Below, piece by piece: positions 1-12,000 of a stretch of 64,000 bases of DNA (position 1 is the stretch's first letter; each line of letters opens with the position of its first letter). Origin of the DNA: Eledone cirrhosa (lineage: Eukaryota); NCBI GenBank assembly GCA_964016885.1, contig OZ024752.1:38130001-38194000 (forward strand), written 5' to 3'. The notes below the pieces were generated by a model. That model was given only the letters and a program-made list of their open reading frames with translations. It ran no database searches and had not been told where the DNA came from. The translations under genes and the position numbers were made by a program.

Positions 1-903
1 CATCATCATCATCATCATCATCATCGTTTAACGGGCTATTTTCCACGCTAGCCATGGGTTTAAACGGGAATTGTCCCACTTGAGGCAAGATTGGTCGTCT
101 TGCTCATATAGGGCTGTCTGGCAGGTTTTCTACGGCTGGATGCCCTTCCTAACACCAATCACGTTTACAGTGTGGACTGGGATGTTTTTACCATGTTACC
201 TACACAGCCACATTACAGCGTGGACTGTGTGTTTTTTTTTTTGTCGTGACACCTACACAACCTCATTTATTACGGACTGGGTGTTGTGGTGCCAACATAA
301 CTTTACAGAGAAAGGGGTGGTGTTGATGGGGGGTGGGGTGGGGGTGTATATTTGATTAAGAGGTGGTTACTGACTGTAGGTTTCGCTTTGTACTTAGGCA
401 AGGCGGGTTTTCTGTATTACTGCGTAGCGCAGCGCCAAAGATCTCGGTCCAGTGACATTGTCTTGGAGAGGTGTAAGTGTGTGAGGTCGGAATTTATCAA
501 GTCGTCCCAGATTTTTCTGCCTACTCCGTGGCTACCGTCTATTTTTATCGCCCTGCACTTTTTTATACAGCTGTCGTCTTTCATGTGCATCACGTGACCA
601 TACCAACGTAGTCTTCTCTCGAGTAAACAACATCTGATCCCTCTTATACTTAATTTCTCACTTAGTTCTTTTATGCTTTGCTGTTCACGTATATTACTAT
701 TACACATCCATTGGAGCATGCATGATTCATTCCTCTCCAGTCTGCGCAGGTCCTCTGCACACAATGCCCATGTCTCACTGCCATGTAACATAGCTGTTCG
801 TATGCAGGCATCATACAGTCTGCCTTTCATTTTAGAGAGAAACCTTTAGCGGCCAATAGTGGTATAAGCTCTCTGAACTTTTTCCATCCTGTTCTGACTC
901 TGA
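1..903 (-). mobile_element. RTE LINE 3' fragment, same family as 36188-37873
   Basis: ORF 417-830 is nearly identical to the C-terminus of the 36-37 kb RT; (CAT)n tail at 1-25. Confidence 0.93.
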
Positions 904-940
904 TACACACACACACACATATAAATATATATATATATAT

Positions 941-1280
941 AGTACCCGACCTCCCATGGGTACAAGCTGAAGCATATAGACAATATGCCCCCACACCCTC
1001 TCACTGCAAGGTGGTCATGGAGGTGCCACGGCAAAAAAGCACCCAGCCCACACTGTAAAGTGGACGTGTAGGCATCCACGAAAAAGCACCCAGCCCTCCC
1101 TGTAAATGAGGTTGGTGTTAGGAAGGGCATCCAGCTGTAGAAATCAAGCCAAATCAGTTCCTGTATGAGCAAGGCATTGTCAGCCGACCAGACACTGCCC
1201 ACAACAGGACAACCCGTCTAACCCATGCTAGTGTGGAAGAACGGACGTAAAACGGTGATGATGATGATGATGATGATGAT
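941..1280 (+). mobile_element. RTE-type 3'UTR fragment with (GAT)n tail (second copy about 42750-43130)
   Basis: Shared motif GGTTGGTGTTAGGAAGGGCATCCAGCTGTAGAAA and (GAT)n tail; the two copies are near-identical. Confidence 0.8.
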
Positions 1281-1313
1281 ATATACACACACAGACATAC
1301 ACGTGTATGTGTT

Positions 1314-1344
<31 letters not shown>

Positions 1345-1999
1345 TATATACATTTTTGTCTCTATAGTTGCTCCTTTTTCTTTCTAGCAATTATATTTGT
1401 GTGTGTGTGGACGTGCATATTGTGTGTGCATGTTAATGTGTATGTGTGATGTGATGTGTGTATGGCTGTGTATGTCTATATGTGTATGAGTGTGTGTGGG
1501 TGAGTGGGGAAAACCCGGTTTGTTGAGTGTATGAGAGTAGAATTATTAAGTCTTATAAGTATAACAATTATAAACAAATAAAGAACTTAACCCTTTAGCG
1601 GCATATAGACCAGTTGTATCTGGCCAGAATTCTCACCTTATTCGGTTCAAACCGGCTGTAACCAGCTGCTTGTACCAATGTTAAAGTATTGTTCTCAAAA
1701 TAAATAATATCAAAATCTTGTAGATTCAATATTATGTGAGATATCAAAAAAAAATAATAATAATAATGAAATTATTATGTACAGTGCTCAGGTGCACTAC
1801 AACTCATCAAAGGTGCATGTATAGTACATAGAATAATGTACAAATGTCAGGAAAGTGAACAGTGTATGAGTCATGATATACATGTGTGTGTGTGTATGGA
1901 GGGGGGATATCAGGTGTAGTGTTGGCGAATTTCAGGAAGTATGGAGGTTTTAAAGTGTTTTAAAGATTTGCAGTGTCTCCGCAGCTAACAACTGATGTG

Positions 2000-3401
2000 G
2001 ATTGGCAGTATCGGTAGAGGGTCAGACGCCATGCTTTCCAGCATAGTTACGTCCCTTTACGATCTGAGTTAAAATCCCGCCGAAGTTGACTTTGCCTTTC
2101 ATCCTTACGGGGTCGATAAAATAAAGTACCAGTAATGTACTGGATAATTGCTGGCCTTGTGCCAAAAGTAGAAACAATTATTATCACATAGAGGAGAGTG
2201 GTGAATTGGTAGTATCGGTAGAGGGTTGGATGCCATGCTTTGCAGCATAGAGTTACAGTCCTTTATGATATGAGTTCAAATCCCACCAAGGTTAACTTTG
2301 CCTTTCATCCTTACGGAGTCGATAAAATAAAGTACGAGTCACACACTGGGGTTGATTTAATCGACTTTCCCCTCTCCAAAATTTGGCCTTGTGCCTATAT
2401 GAGAAACCATTATTATTATACGGTCTGAGTTCAAATCGCGTCGAGGTTAACTTTGCCTTTCATCCTTACGGGGTCGATAAAATAAAGTACCAGTAATGTA
2501 CTGAGTAATTGCTGGCCTTGTGCCAAAAGTAGAAACAATTATTATCGCATAGAGTCTTCCTCAGTTTACAGTTGTTGTTTGATGTAAAAATCCTGTATAA
2601 CTTATGAGATGTTTTCCAGTTTTTCATTAACATTATCTAAGTAACAAACCATGTCAGATCCATATAATCTCTAGTTCTATAATTTGTTAATTATTTATCT
2701 TGTATATCTCAGAATGTTTTATTGACAACAATGACAACAACAACAACAATAGCTAATTCTTAATTGAGCTGAATTAAGTGGGAGACAAACATTGGTTGAT
2801 GCCTATCTCTGATGTATTTAGTTCAATTAGAATAGACATTTGAGTTATAAATCTAAACCAAACCATTGATTTTATTTGTTGATAATTCACCAATGTGCCA
2901 TACATCATCATCATCACCATTATCCTCATCCTCACCACCATTACCATCATCACCACCATCACCATTATCATCAAAGGCGGTGGATTGGCAGTATCGGTAG
3001 AGAGTCGGACGCCATGCTTTCCAGCATAGTTACGTCCCTTTACGGTCTGAGTTCAAATCCCGCCGAGGTTAACTTTGCCTTTCATCCTTACGGGGGTCGA
3101 TAAAATAAAGTACCAGTAATGCACTGGGTAATTGCTGGCCTTGTGCCTAAAGTAGAAACAATTATATTATTATATTATTATATTTCAAGGGCAGTGGATT
3201 GGCAGTATCGGTAGAGGGTCGGACGTCATGCTTTGCAGCATAGAGTTACGTCCCTTTATGATCTGAGTTCAAATGCCCCCAAGGTTAACTTTACCTTTCA
3301 TCCTTACGGGGTCGATGAAATAAAGTACCAGTCACGCACTGGGGTCGATTTCATCGACTTACCCCTCCGCCAAATTTGCTGGCCTTGTGCCTATATAAGC
3401 A

Positions 3402-3436
<35 letters not shown>

Positions 3437-3640
3437 GGGCGGTGGATTGGCAGTGTCGGTAGCGGGCCGGACGCCATGCTTTGCAGCATAGAGTTACGGC
3501 CCTTTATGATCTGAGTTCAAATCCCGCCGAGGTTAACTTTGCCTTTCATCCTTACGGGGGGGGGGGGGGTCGATAAAATAAAGTACCAGTAATGTACTGG
3601 ATAATTTGCTGGCCTTGTGCCAAAAGTAGAAACAATTATC
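2000..3640 (+). mobile_element. Cluster of about 6 tRNA-derived SINEs with a Meta/MESC-type central domain
   Basis: A-box TGGCAGTATCGG, B-box GAGTTCAAATCC, core TTTGCCTTTCATCCTTACGGGGTCGATAAAAT, (ATT)n tail. Other copies near 8940, 12810, 13970, 14310(-), 14590, 15450(-), 16895(-), 18455(-), 21020(-), 29893(-), 30805, 33108, 47303(-), 49713(-), 50573(-). Confidence 0.85.
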
Positions 3641-3852
3641 ATCACCACCACCACCATTACCATCATTATCCTCATCCACACCATCATCCACACCATTACC
3701 ACCATCACCATCCTCATCACCACCATCATCATCATCATCACCATAATGTACATTATCCCATGCCAGTATAGTTTTAGTTAAGCTATACATAAAATAACAA
3801 CAGTGTTTTGTTGAACTGTTTGTTGTTTATTGTTTGATAAATATTTACAAAG

Positions 3853-4103
3853 TGTAAGGAGAAACGATCTGCCCCTAAAGTCCGAGCCTTGTTAGGTGCT
3901 TAACCGGAAGTCCCTTCACTTCAATTCAATAACTGGTCGGCAGTGAAGTCCCTTCCAAAACTACAACTTCCACGTGGGACCCCATTTGCTCACTATACAG
4001 AGAGATGGGGGCGATGACAGTGGGAGTTCGGACACATTGCACCTGTCATGTGGATCATGGGACAATTTCAGGAGTTTCTAGACACTTTATCTTCATTCTT
4101 ACA
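3853..4103. mobile_element. Possible solo LTR
   Basis: TGTAAGGA...TTCTTACA ends; related start at about 14184; no clear TSD. Confidence 0.45.
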
Positions 4104-4179
4104 TACAGGGCAAGCTATATATATATTTATTTATTCGTGTATATATATATATATACTGTGTGTATATATATATATATAC

Positions 4180-4222
<43 letters not shown>

Positions 4223-4675
4223 TGTGCATATATAAACTTGATTCAGTGGAATGATACGTAATGCCCCCCCCCCCCCCACAGCCCCGGCGGACAGAATGGA
4301 GAAGGCGTTTCCCCGGAGGAAGGCAAGCTCCCTTTATAAAATGTCTTATAACGTAGGTTTGTAGACGTCTTATTCTTCCTTTCGTAGAGAAGAGATTGAT
4401 TAAGAGCTATTTACGAGGCTAAAACCTAATTTTTTTTCCATTATCAAAAGAGTAATACAGCTCGTATTTATGTAAAGATTTCTTTTTGTCAAAATAAACA
4501 CAATTCGTACTTCTAAAAAAACAACCAAGGAGCAAACCTTGATTGTATTCCCCAAAGACTCAAGTATACGGCCTAATATACTGGGAAATATTATAAGAAA
4601 GGAAAACATTTTGAATATATATAAACACAGATGAAACATGAAATAAACGCTTTATTCGATTTTAATATATATCAA

Positions 4676-5365
4676 TCAACACTACGAAAATAACAACCAG
4701 CACTACAACAATAACAAAAACCAGCACTACGACAATAACAAAAACCAGCACTACGACAATAACAACAACCAACACTACGACAATAACAACAACCAACACT
4801 ACAACAACAACAACCAGCACTACGACAATAACAACAACCAACACTACAACAATAACAAAAACCAGCACTACGACAATAACAAAAACCAGCACTACGACAA
4901 TAACAACAACCAACACTACGACAATAACAACAAGCAACACTACAACAACAACAACCAGCACTACGACAATAACAACAACCAACACTACAACAATAACAAA
5001 AACCAGCACTACGACAATAACAACAACCAACACTACAACAACAACAACCAGCACTACGACAATAACAACAACCAACACTACAACAACAACCAGCACTACG
5101 ACAATAACAACAACCAACACTACAACAACAACAACCAGCACTACGACAATAACAACAACCAACACTACAACAACAACAAAAACCAGCACTACGACAATAA
5201 CAACAACCAACACTACAACAATAACAAAAACCAGCACTACGACAATAACAACAACCAACACTACAACAACAACCAACACTACGACAATAACAACAACCAA
5301 CACTACAACAACAACAACCAGCACTACGACAATAACAACAACCAACAACAACAAAAACCAGCACT
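4676..5365. repeat. AAC-rich minisatellite
   Basis: Units such as CAGCACTACGACAATAACAACAAC. Confidence 0.92.
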
Positions 5366-5802
5366 TCAACTTCTAAACAACAACAAGAACAATCATTTCT
5401 TTTACTTAGAATATGTTGAAATATTTGAAGTAAAAAACCCTATGAAGAGAAGTGGCTGGTGCAGTGGGTGTTGCTGGCTGTTGTCAGTAGCAATACGTCC
5501 AGAGGGCGCAGCTGAGATATACTGTCTAAACACGAGTACAGTATCTGCTCCTCCCTTCCTTTCATTTCATTATTTAATTTTTTTCTCCCCCTTAAAGGAA
5601 TACCTTTGATCATATATTTGTTCAATCAGATTTGACCTGGGATCAACAACAATCAATCACAGCAATTACGCACAGCTACTGTTTCTATTTCTTTTAGCTG
5701 TCAATTGATTATTGAACAGATAATCTAGATCTACAATTGTTCAATTACATCCTTTTCTGCTCACACTATTAATTGATGACATCTATTGTAACTCAATACC
5801 AT

Positions 5803-6168
5803 TGTAGCGGTTGTCTCCCTTGTTTTGATTAGGATCTAGACGGGAGGTGGAACCCTTTCTGCAACTTCCGGTCAGAGCCCTATAAAACTAACAACTTTAA
5901 GCTTCCTCTCTCTCTTTGCCTTTTCGGCACCAGGACAAGAGCCTCTCATTTGGCTCTGCCATTAATTTGGCCAACAGGCGCCTGGCCTTAGCCAGGCGCC
6001 CTCTGCCAGCCGCGTTTGCCTGGCAAGCAAAACGGTAACTACTAACTTTGTTTCATTCTAACATCTATCTTTGACATGTCAAGTATACTATCTACCGTTA
6101 ATTAAATATTATACACACAAACCATGTCTCATTTTGTTACATTCATACAACCTAGTATCCTCGCTATA
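5803..6168 (+). mobile_element. Solo LTR (Gypsy-like)
   Basis: TGTAGCG...CGCTATA inverted ends (one mismatch), CCAT 4-bp TSD on both sides, TATAAAA at 5881, ATTAAA near 6101. Confidence 0.7.
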
Positions 6169-6993
6169 CCATCATCACCACTTTAATTCTGCTTTCCAGT
6201 CTAGAACAGGTTGGATGAATTGTCACAATCAGTGACTAGGTGGGTCTAAAAAAATGTCTAGTCTGTCGCAAGCCTTGAGGCTCTTCAGGCAAGTGCTTAT
6301 TGCAGTTTCCATGGAGTTAAGCAACAGAGTGTAAATGACACCCCTTTCCCCCGGACAGGACGTCAGTCCATTGCAGAGTTAGACCCAAAGCTATTGCTCC
6401 TGTTACTCATTTTCAGCAGAGTAAACAGGAGCAATGTGAAATGAAGAACAAACACAACACACAACCCAGTTCAGGAATAGAACCCATATATATTTGCTCA
6501 ATCAGTACTGACCTACCAGGGTCAGCTGAAAAGTTCATTAATAACTGCATTTTCTTTCTCGGGACTATGCTGAAAAATAAACCTCATTTGGTCATTCCAT
6601 GAAAGTATCTTGGTCAGACTATGAACATTTCAGCCGACCCCCATATCTCTAAACAAAAACTTCAATATTTCTATACTTTCATGTTCAAAATATTTTTCCC
6701 TCTCGAAGGTGGTTAAGTCCTCCCATCTGACATGAAGATAAAAAACATGCACTTAAGCAAATATTCCAAAGCTTTTGTATCAGTATTTAAAATATGCAGC
6801 AGTTTACATTTTTCAAATATTTTTATAGTTTTAAACCAAATATTTTAAGTGTTCACATGGGACAGTTATTCACTTTTCTTGTGTTTAATTAAAACAAACT
6901 AGCATGCGTAGCTTTTCTTTCATTTTATTTCTCCTTCCTTTTTCTTCTATTCTTCATTTCTTTATTGCTATATCTCTGTAAATAAATAAATAA

Positions 6994-7053
<60 letters not shown>

Positions 7054-8549
7054 GGAGGTGAGTTTTATTGTAGTACAATAAAGCAATGCAGATATCGGAT
7101 AAGAAGCACTCTACAATTTGTAGGACTGGAGTATACATAATATATAAGAGCAAAAGATGGTTAAAAGAGTTCCATGTATTTTATTATGTGCATTTCAAAA
7201 ACAAATATCATCATGCAATAATTTGTGTTTTCATCAGATAAAATAGGAAGACATGATATGAAGGTTAAAAAACACTTGTGGATAGTGCAGTATAAAATCA
7301 ACATATGTTGATTTAAAACTGCACTATGGAACTCTTTTAACCATCTTTTGTTCTTATATATATATATATATATATGAGGATAGGCTTGTATTGGAGCCTA
7401 TGTCAGTGGAGACTTCCTGCGTTCTTGGCCCCCGGGCCACATCCATTCACTTCTATCGGAGCAGAGTTGGTTACGTGCAGGTGCGGACATTACGAAGTGG
7501 AACGACAGTTCCATCGCGTCTCGGGGCCACATATTTTCCATCCTGTCGGTCGGGACCACGATGGGAACTGACCCTTAAGTTTCGTTTATGGTAGTTAGGT
7601 GTGGGTATGATTTACTCCCATAACGTACATACATACGTACAATACATACATACATACATTTGAGTAAAATTGTTAATATTCTCCTCAACTTTACAATAAA
7701 AACAAATAGCTTACTATGACACTTTATAAAATACGTAAGTATATATAAAAAAATATATAAATAAAAAGTAAATTACTTGCCAAACGCGTAAAGCAGAGTT
7801 AGTTACGTAACGCTTTATTATGAGTCGTGGAAATATTTGGGATGGATATGTAAAGTTATTTATATATAAATTTGGTTCAATAAGTTCCTGGGGGTGTTGT
7901 TGTTATGAGTTTCAGTTAGGATCTTATAGTTTTTTTTATGACAAATATATGAGAAATTGCCGGAAAACATTTCGTTAAGGATGGTCTGTTAAATAAGAAA
8001 GTAGGCTGAACAGTTCATAGGCTGACTATGAAGAAGTGATGCTAGCACTGTGAAATCTTGCATGCATTAATTTCAACTCTTCTTATTAATAACTTCATTG
8101 TTTCTATTCAGGGACTATGTTGAAAAATAAACCTCATTTGGTCATTTCATGAGAGTATCTTGGTCAGCCTATGAGTGGTCCTCGGCTAGGTTGAAACAAC
8201 ATATCTATAGGTTGAACTTAATCGTTCTACTATAGGCCTACATGAACGAACTGAACTAACATATAGTTATACAACAATAATCAATACAACCAAGATGTTG
8301 TAGCCATAATACATACAGTAATGCGAGTACGTATCAAACCGTCTGACATGTTAAGGGCGTCCTACTTTTCAATGAAGCTTACTTAATCGATAAACTCTGT
8401 GAAATTCTATCGCGTGTGGTCGGTATTTACATATTCTTAAGTTTGTAGTGAAAGCAGTTATATATACATTTTTTCAAAATAATGATATACTGAACATCAT
8501 CTGACTAAATCATCTCAACACGCCTGACGTCAAATATTTGTCTTATATA

Positions 8550-8627
8550 CAAGTTGTCCCAAAAATCACTAGACCATTTCAAATTATAATATATATAAAA
8601 TGATCTAGTGGCTTTTGGGACACCCTG
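8550..8627. mobile_element. Minimal Tc1/mariner-type MITE (TIRs only)
   Basis: TA-CAAGTTGTCCCAAAAATCACTAGACCATTT...AAATGATCTAGTGGCTTTTGGGACACCCTG-TA. Confidence 0.7.
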
Positions 8628-11551
8628 TATTATACAGAAGATTGGTGCTTCTTCAGAATCCCTCGCGACCCTAGCACCACCCGTGATCAATTGATGTAGG
8701 TGAGACAATAGTATAGTCCGGGTTGGTTTATTCCAAAGTAGGGTTAATATTGAGTGTTTGTGATTCGGGCTCGCAGTTGGAATTGGGGTTAGTTCAACCA
8801 GTTTTCCTGTAATTAATTTACTCCAGATTGACAGCCATAGAAACAGAAATCATGAATTAACCTTAGCCCAGAGCTTCCGTTACAGTTTTGTGATGAGGCG
8901 GGGGTATAAGTATATATACTGTATATGTGTATTATTATTATTGGCAGTGTCGATAGAGCGTCGGCCAACTGGCTTTGCAGCTTAGAGTTATGGCCCTTTG
9001 CGTTTTGAGTTCAAATTCCGCCGAGGTTAGCTTTGCCTTTCATCCTTACGAGGTCGATGAAATAAAGTACCAAAAGTACCAGTAATGCATTGGCGTCGAT
9101 TTTATGGACTGTCTCCTCTACCAAAATTGCTGGCCTTGTGCCTAAAGTAGAAATCATTATTATTAGCTCATGTTTTTTTATCACCATTATGAGATTAAAA
9201 AAGAAATTAAAAACATGATCATACTAACATATTTAGAGTCAATAGTGTAGTAAAAACCAAAACACAAGTATATTGAAACAAATTATTTGGGGGGGGGGGG
9301 GGGGGCTTAAGCCCCCAGAGCCCCTTAGCACCGGAAGACTTATATCCATAGCACTGAACCCAATTTGGAGTAAGTTGTTTGAGACTATATTGTTGCCTTG
9401 CTTCTATTAATTTATAGGGGAAGGGTGGCTAGTCTGAAGAAACACTTATAAAGTTTGTATATGTTACAGCAGACCTGCCAACCTCTAAAACCCCGAACGA
9501 GGAATACCATGAAAAAAAGTGCCCCAAACGGGGAGAAATGAGGCAAAATAGGGAGATTTTACATAATGAAAGCTATACCCATTTTCACAAGAGAAGACAT
9601 CACTCACCCACCCCAAAGTGGGTGGGAGATCTCCCCCATCGGACGGGGAGAGTTGACAGGTCTGGTTACAGACACAAAACAAGTTTGAATTTCTTACGAA
9701 CGTTTAAGATATCAAATTGAGAAAGAAACGCAATGTATGGTTTCTGAAATATACCCACGTAGATATTATAAGTTAAAGGCCGAAATGTTTGCATGAGGAG
9801 AGGGGGTGTTGTTCTTTTCTGAAAAACCTACTGTCCAGCAGAATGTATGTATATAGGTGGTAATCCTTCGGTTGTCCAGCTCCCCTGAGAGTTTCTTACC
9901 ACTTATATTTTTTCAAGAGATGGGAAGACAACATCCCAGAATGGACAGGATTGAGTCTGGGTGCAACCATGAGGAAGGCGGAGAGGCGAGAGGAATGGAA
10001 GGAGCTGGTTGCCAGGTCATCTGTGACGCCCCAACGGTCCACCAGACTACGGGACAGATGAAATGAGAGAGAGAGATACATTTTAGAATGTAAACAGGTA
10101 GTAATACCTCCTGCTGTCCAGCTCTCCTAAGAGTTTCTCATCACCTAAATACATTCTAGAATGTAAACAGGTAGTAATACCTCCTGCTGCTCAGCTCTTG
10201 TGAGAGTTTCTCACCACTTTAACTTACTCTAAATTATACGTAACTTGTTATTGTTTGTCTCTTCATGGCTGATGTAATGTTTACTTAGTTGCTGTTTTTA
10301 AAAGATTTTGTTTTGATCCACTCAGTCGAAGTGACTCTACTCGTTATGGCCCCGTAACTCCTGATAGAGTTGTAGGGGCGCTGTATTGACATACGGCGTT
10401 TCTTGGGCATTTTATTTAAGCCTGGCGGAGCCCATCCCTCTCCAGGCTTTGTATGTACCAAGATCCAAACCAACAGATAAATAAGGGAACCCCTATGCTG
10501 TCTCTTGACCTGCTAGAAATAGCAGCCTAATTTTCGATATCACACCATAACATCTTAAAATTTAGAAGACGCGTCTGAAACAAAGCAAAACTACAAATAA
10601 AAGAGTCTTTGATTATGTGGATCGGACGAAATAATTTCATTTCCTTCATTTGGGATCTATTTTTAATAATAACAGTTTTCGCCAGCAAATAGTAAAATAT
10701 AAGTGATTTCAAGTCTAAAATCTCTTTCGAGCCCGAGGGTTTATCAGGCTGGTGCTTTTCCCGGTTTCCGTGGTGTTAAGCGACTGAAAGTACAAGACTC
10801 CCCATTGAACAGAGCACCATTCTATCACATGGTTAAATCCCCCAAGCCATTGCTGGTACTCATTTTCAGCTGAGTATACTGGAGCAATGTGAGGTAAAGT
10901 GTTTTGCTCAAGAACACAACATACAACCCAGTCCAGGAATCGAACCCACGACATTATGATCGTAAGTCCAACACACCATTTATTACCAGTAATAAATTTT
11001 AAATTCATGATAATAATATATACATATATTCAGACAGAGCCCTGTGTTCTTATTCTCTCTCGGACGAAGTGTTCCGCACAATTCGGTATGTAAAAGGTTT
11101 AACCACCTGCCGAATCCTATTTCTCTAAATCTAACTTCCCTTGCTTCACTAACCAGAATAGCTCGCATGACATAGCAAGTATGTCAAACCTAATACAAAC
11201 GTATTGTTAAATATATTTCCTTTTTATTGTGTATATTTTGGCTACAGTATCGTGTTTTCAAACTCACGTGTAATGTACCATAGACTGGTTTAAACACGTT
11301 AATTGGACATGGATTAGTTTTCAAACTAATAGAGATGTAAATGCCGACTACCCTTGATGTAAGTACAGAAGATCCATTCGATGTGGAAGAGAGATATACT
11401 AATTATTTTCTGGGTGTGTACGTTTAGTATGAGGTCAACTTTGCCGTTCATCCATTCGAGATCGATAAAAATGTACCAGCCTAGTACTGGGATCGATTCT
11501 TCCTCTACATCCCTTTCTCACTCTCTAGCCTTCTCTGGAAGAAATCTGCTG

Positions 11552-12000
11552 GGCGATATCCAATTTTAGCGGCCTAAATGCCGCTTACTTGCTGTAGTTG
11601 CTGCTTACTTCAATGAGGCTATTCCAACAAATTTACATTCCCCTTTTTTTTAGCCGTTAAAAGAAATATAGATTTATTTATTGTTTTTTTTTTTTGCGAT
11701 TTATTTGCCACTGGGGCATAGATTTCTTTATTTGCCACGTTTTTGTTTTTTTGCGATTTATTAGCCTTTTGGGGTCACACACCCCCGTAGAAAGTGTGCG
11801 CCCTTTCTGCCAGGGAGCACAGAGAGAGGGGGGGTGCTCCCTTCTTCTCTTACCTGTACAAACCATTTGTTGGCCGGCGACATATCCCCACAGTTTCCTC
11901 GTTCTGGGAATGTAAATTTGTTGGAATAGCCTCATACATTGAAGTAAGCAGCAACTACAGCAAGTAAGCGGCATTTAGGCCGCTAAAATTGGATATCGCC
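11552..12000. mobile_element. MITE with about 90-bp TIRs and 8-bp TSD (Merlin-like GG...CC ends; hAT not excluded)
   Basis: TIR GGCGATATCCAATTTTAGCGGCC...; ATCTGCTG at 11544-11551 and 12001-12008. Confidence 0.88.

Noticed and set aside
4662-5369. Cys-rich (keratin-associated/metallothionein-like) and Val-rich ORFs
   Set aside because: Translations of an AAC minisatellite with no gene structure.
5440-5625. GC-richer island as a possible exon
   Set aside because: No recognisable protein in the frames I read and no convincing splice-site pair.
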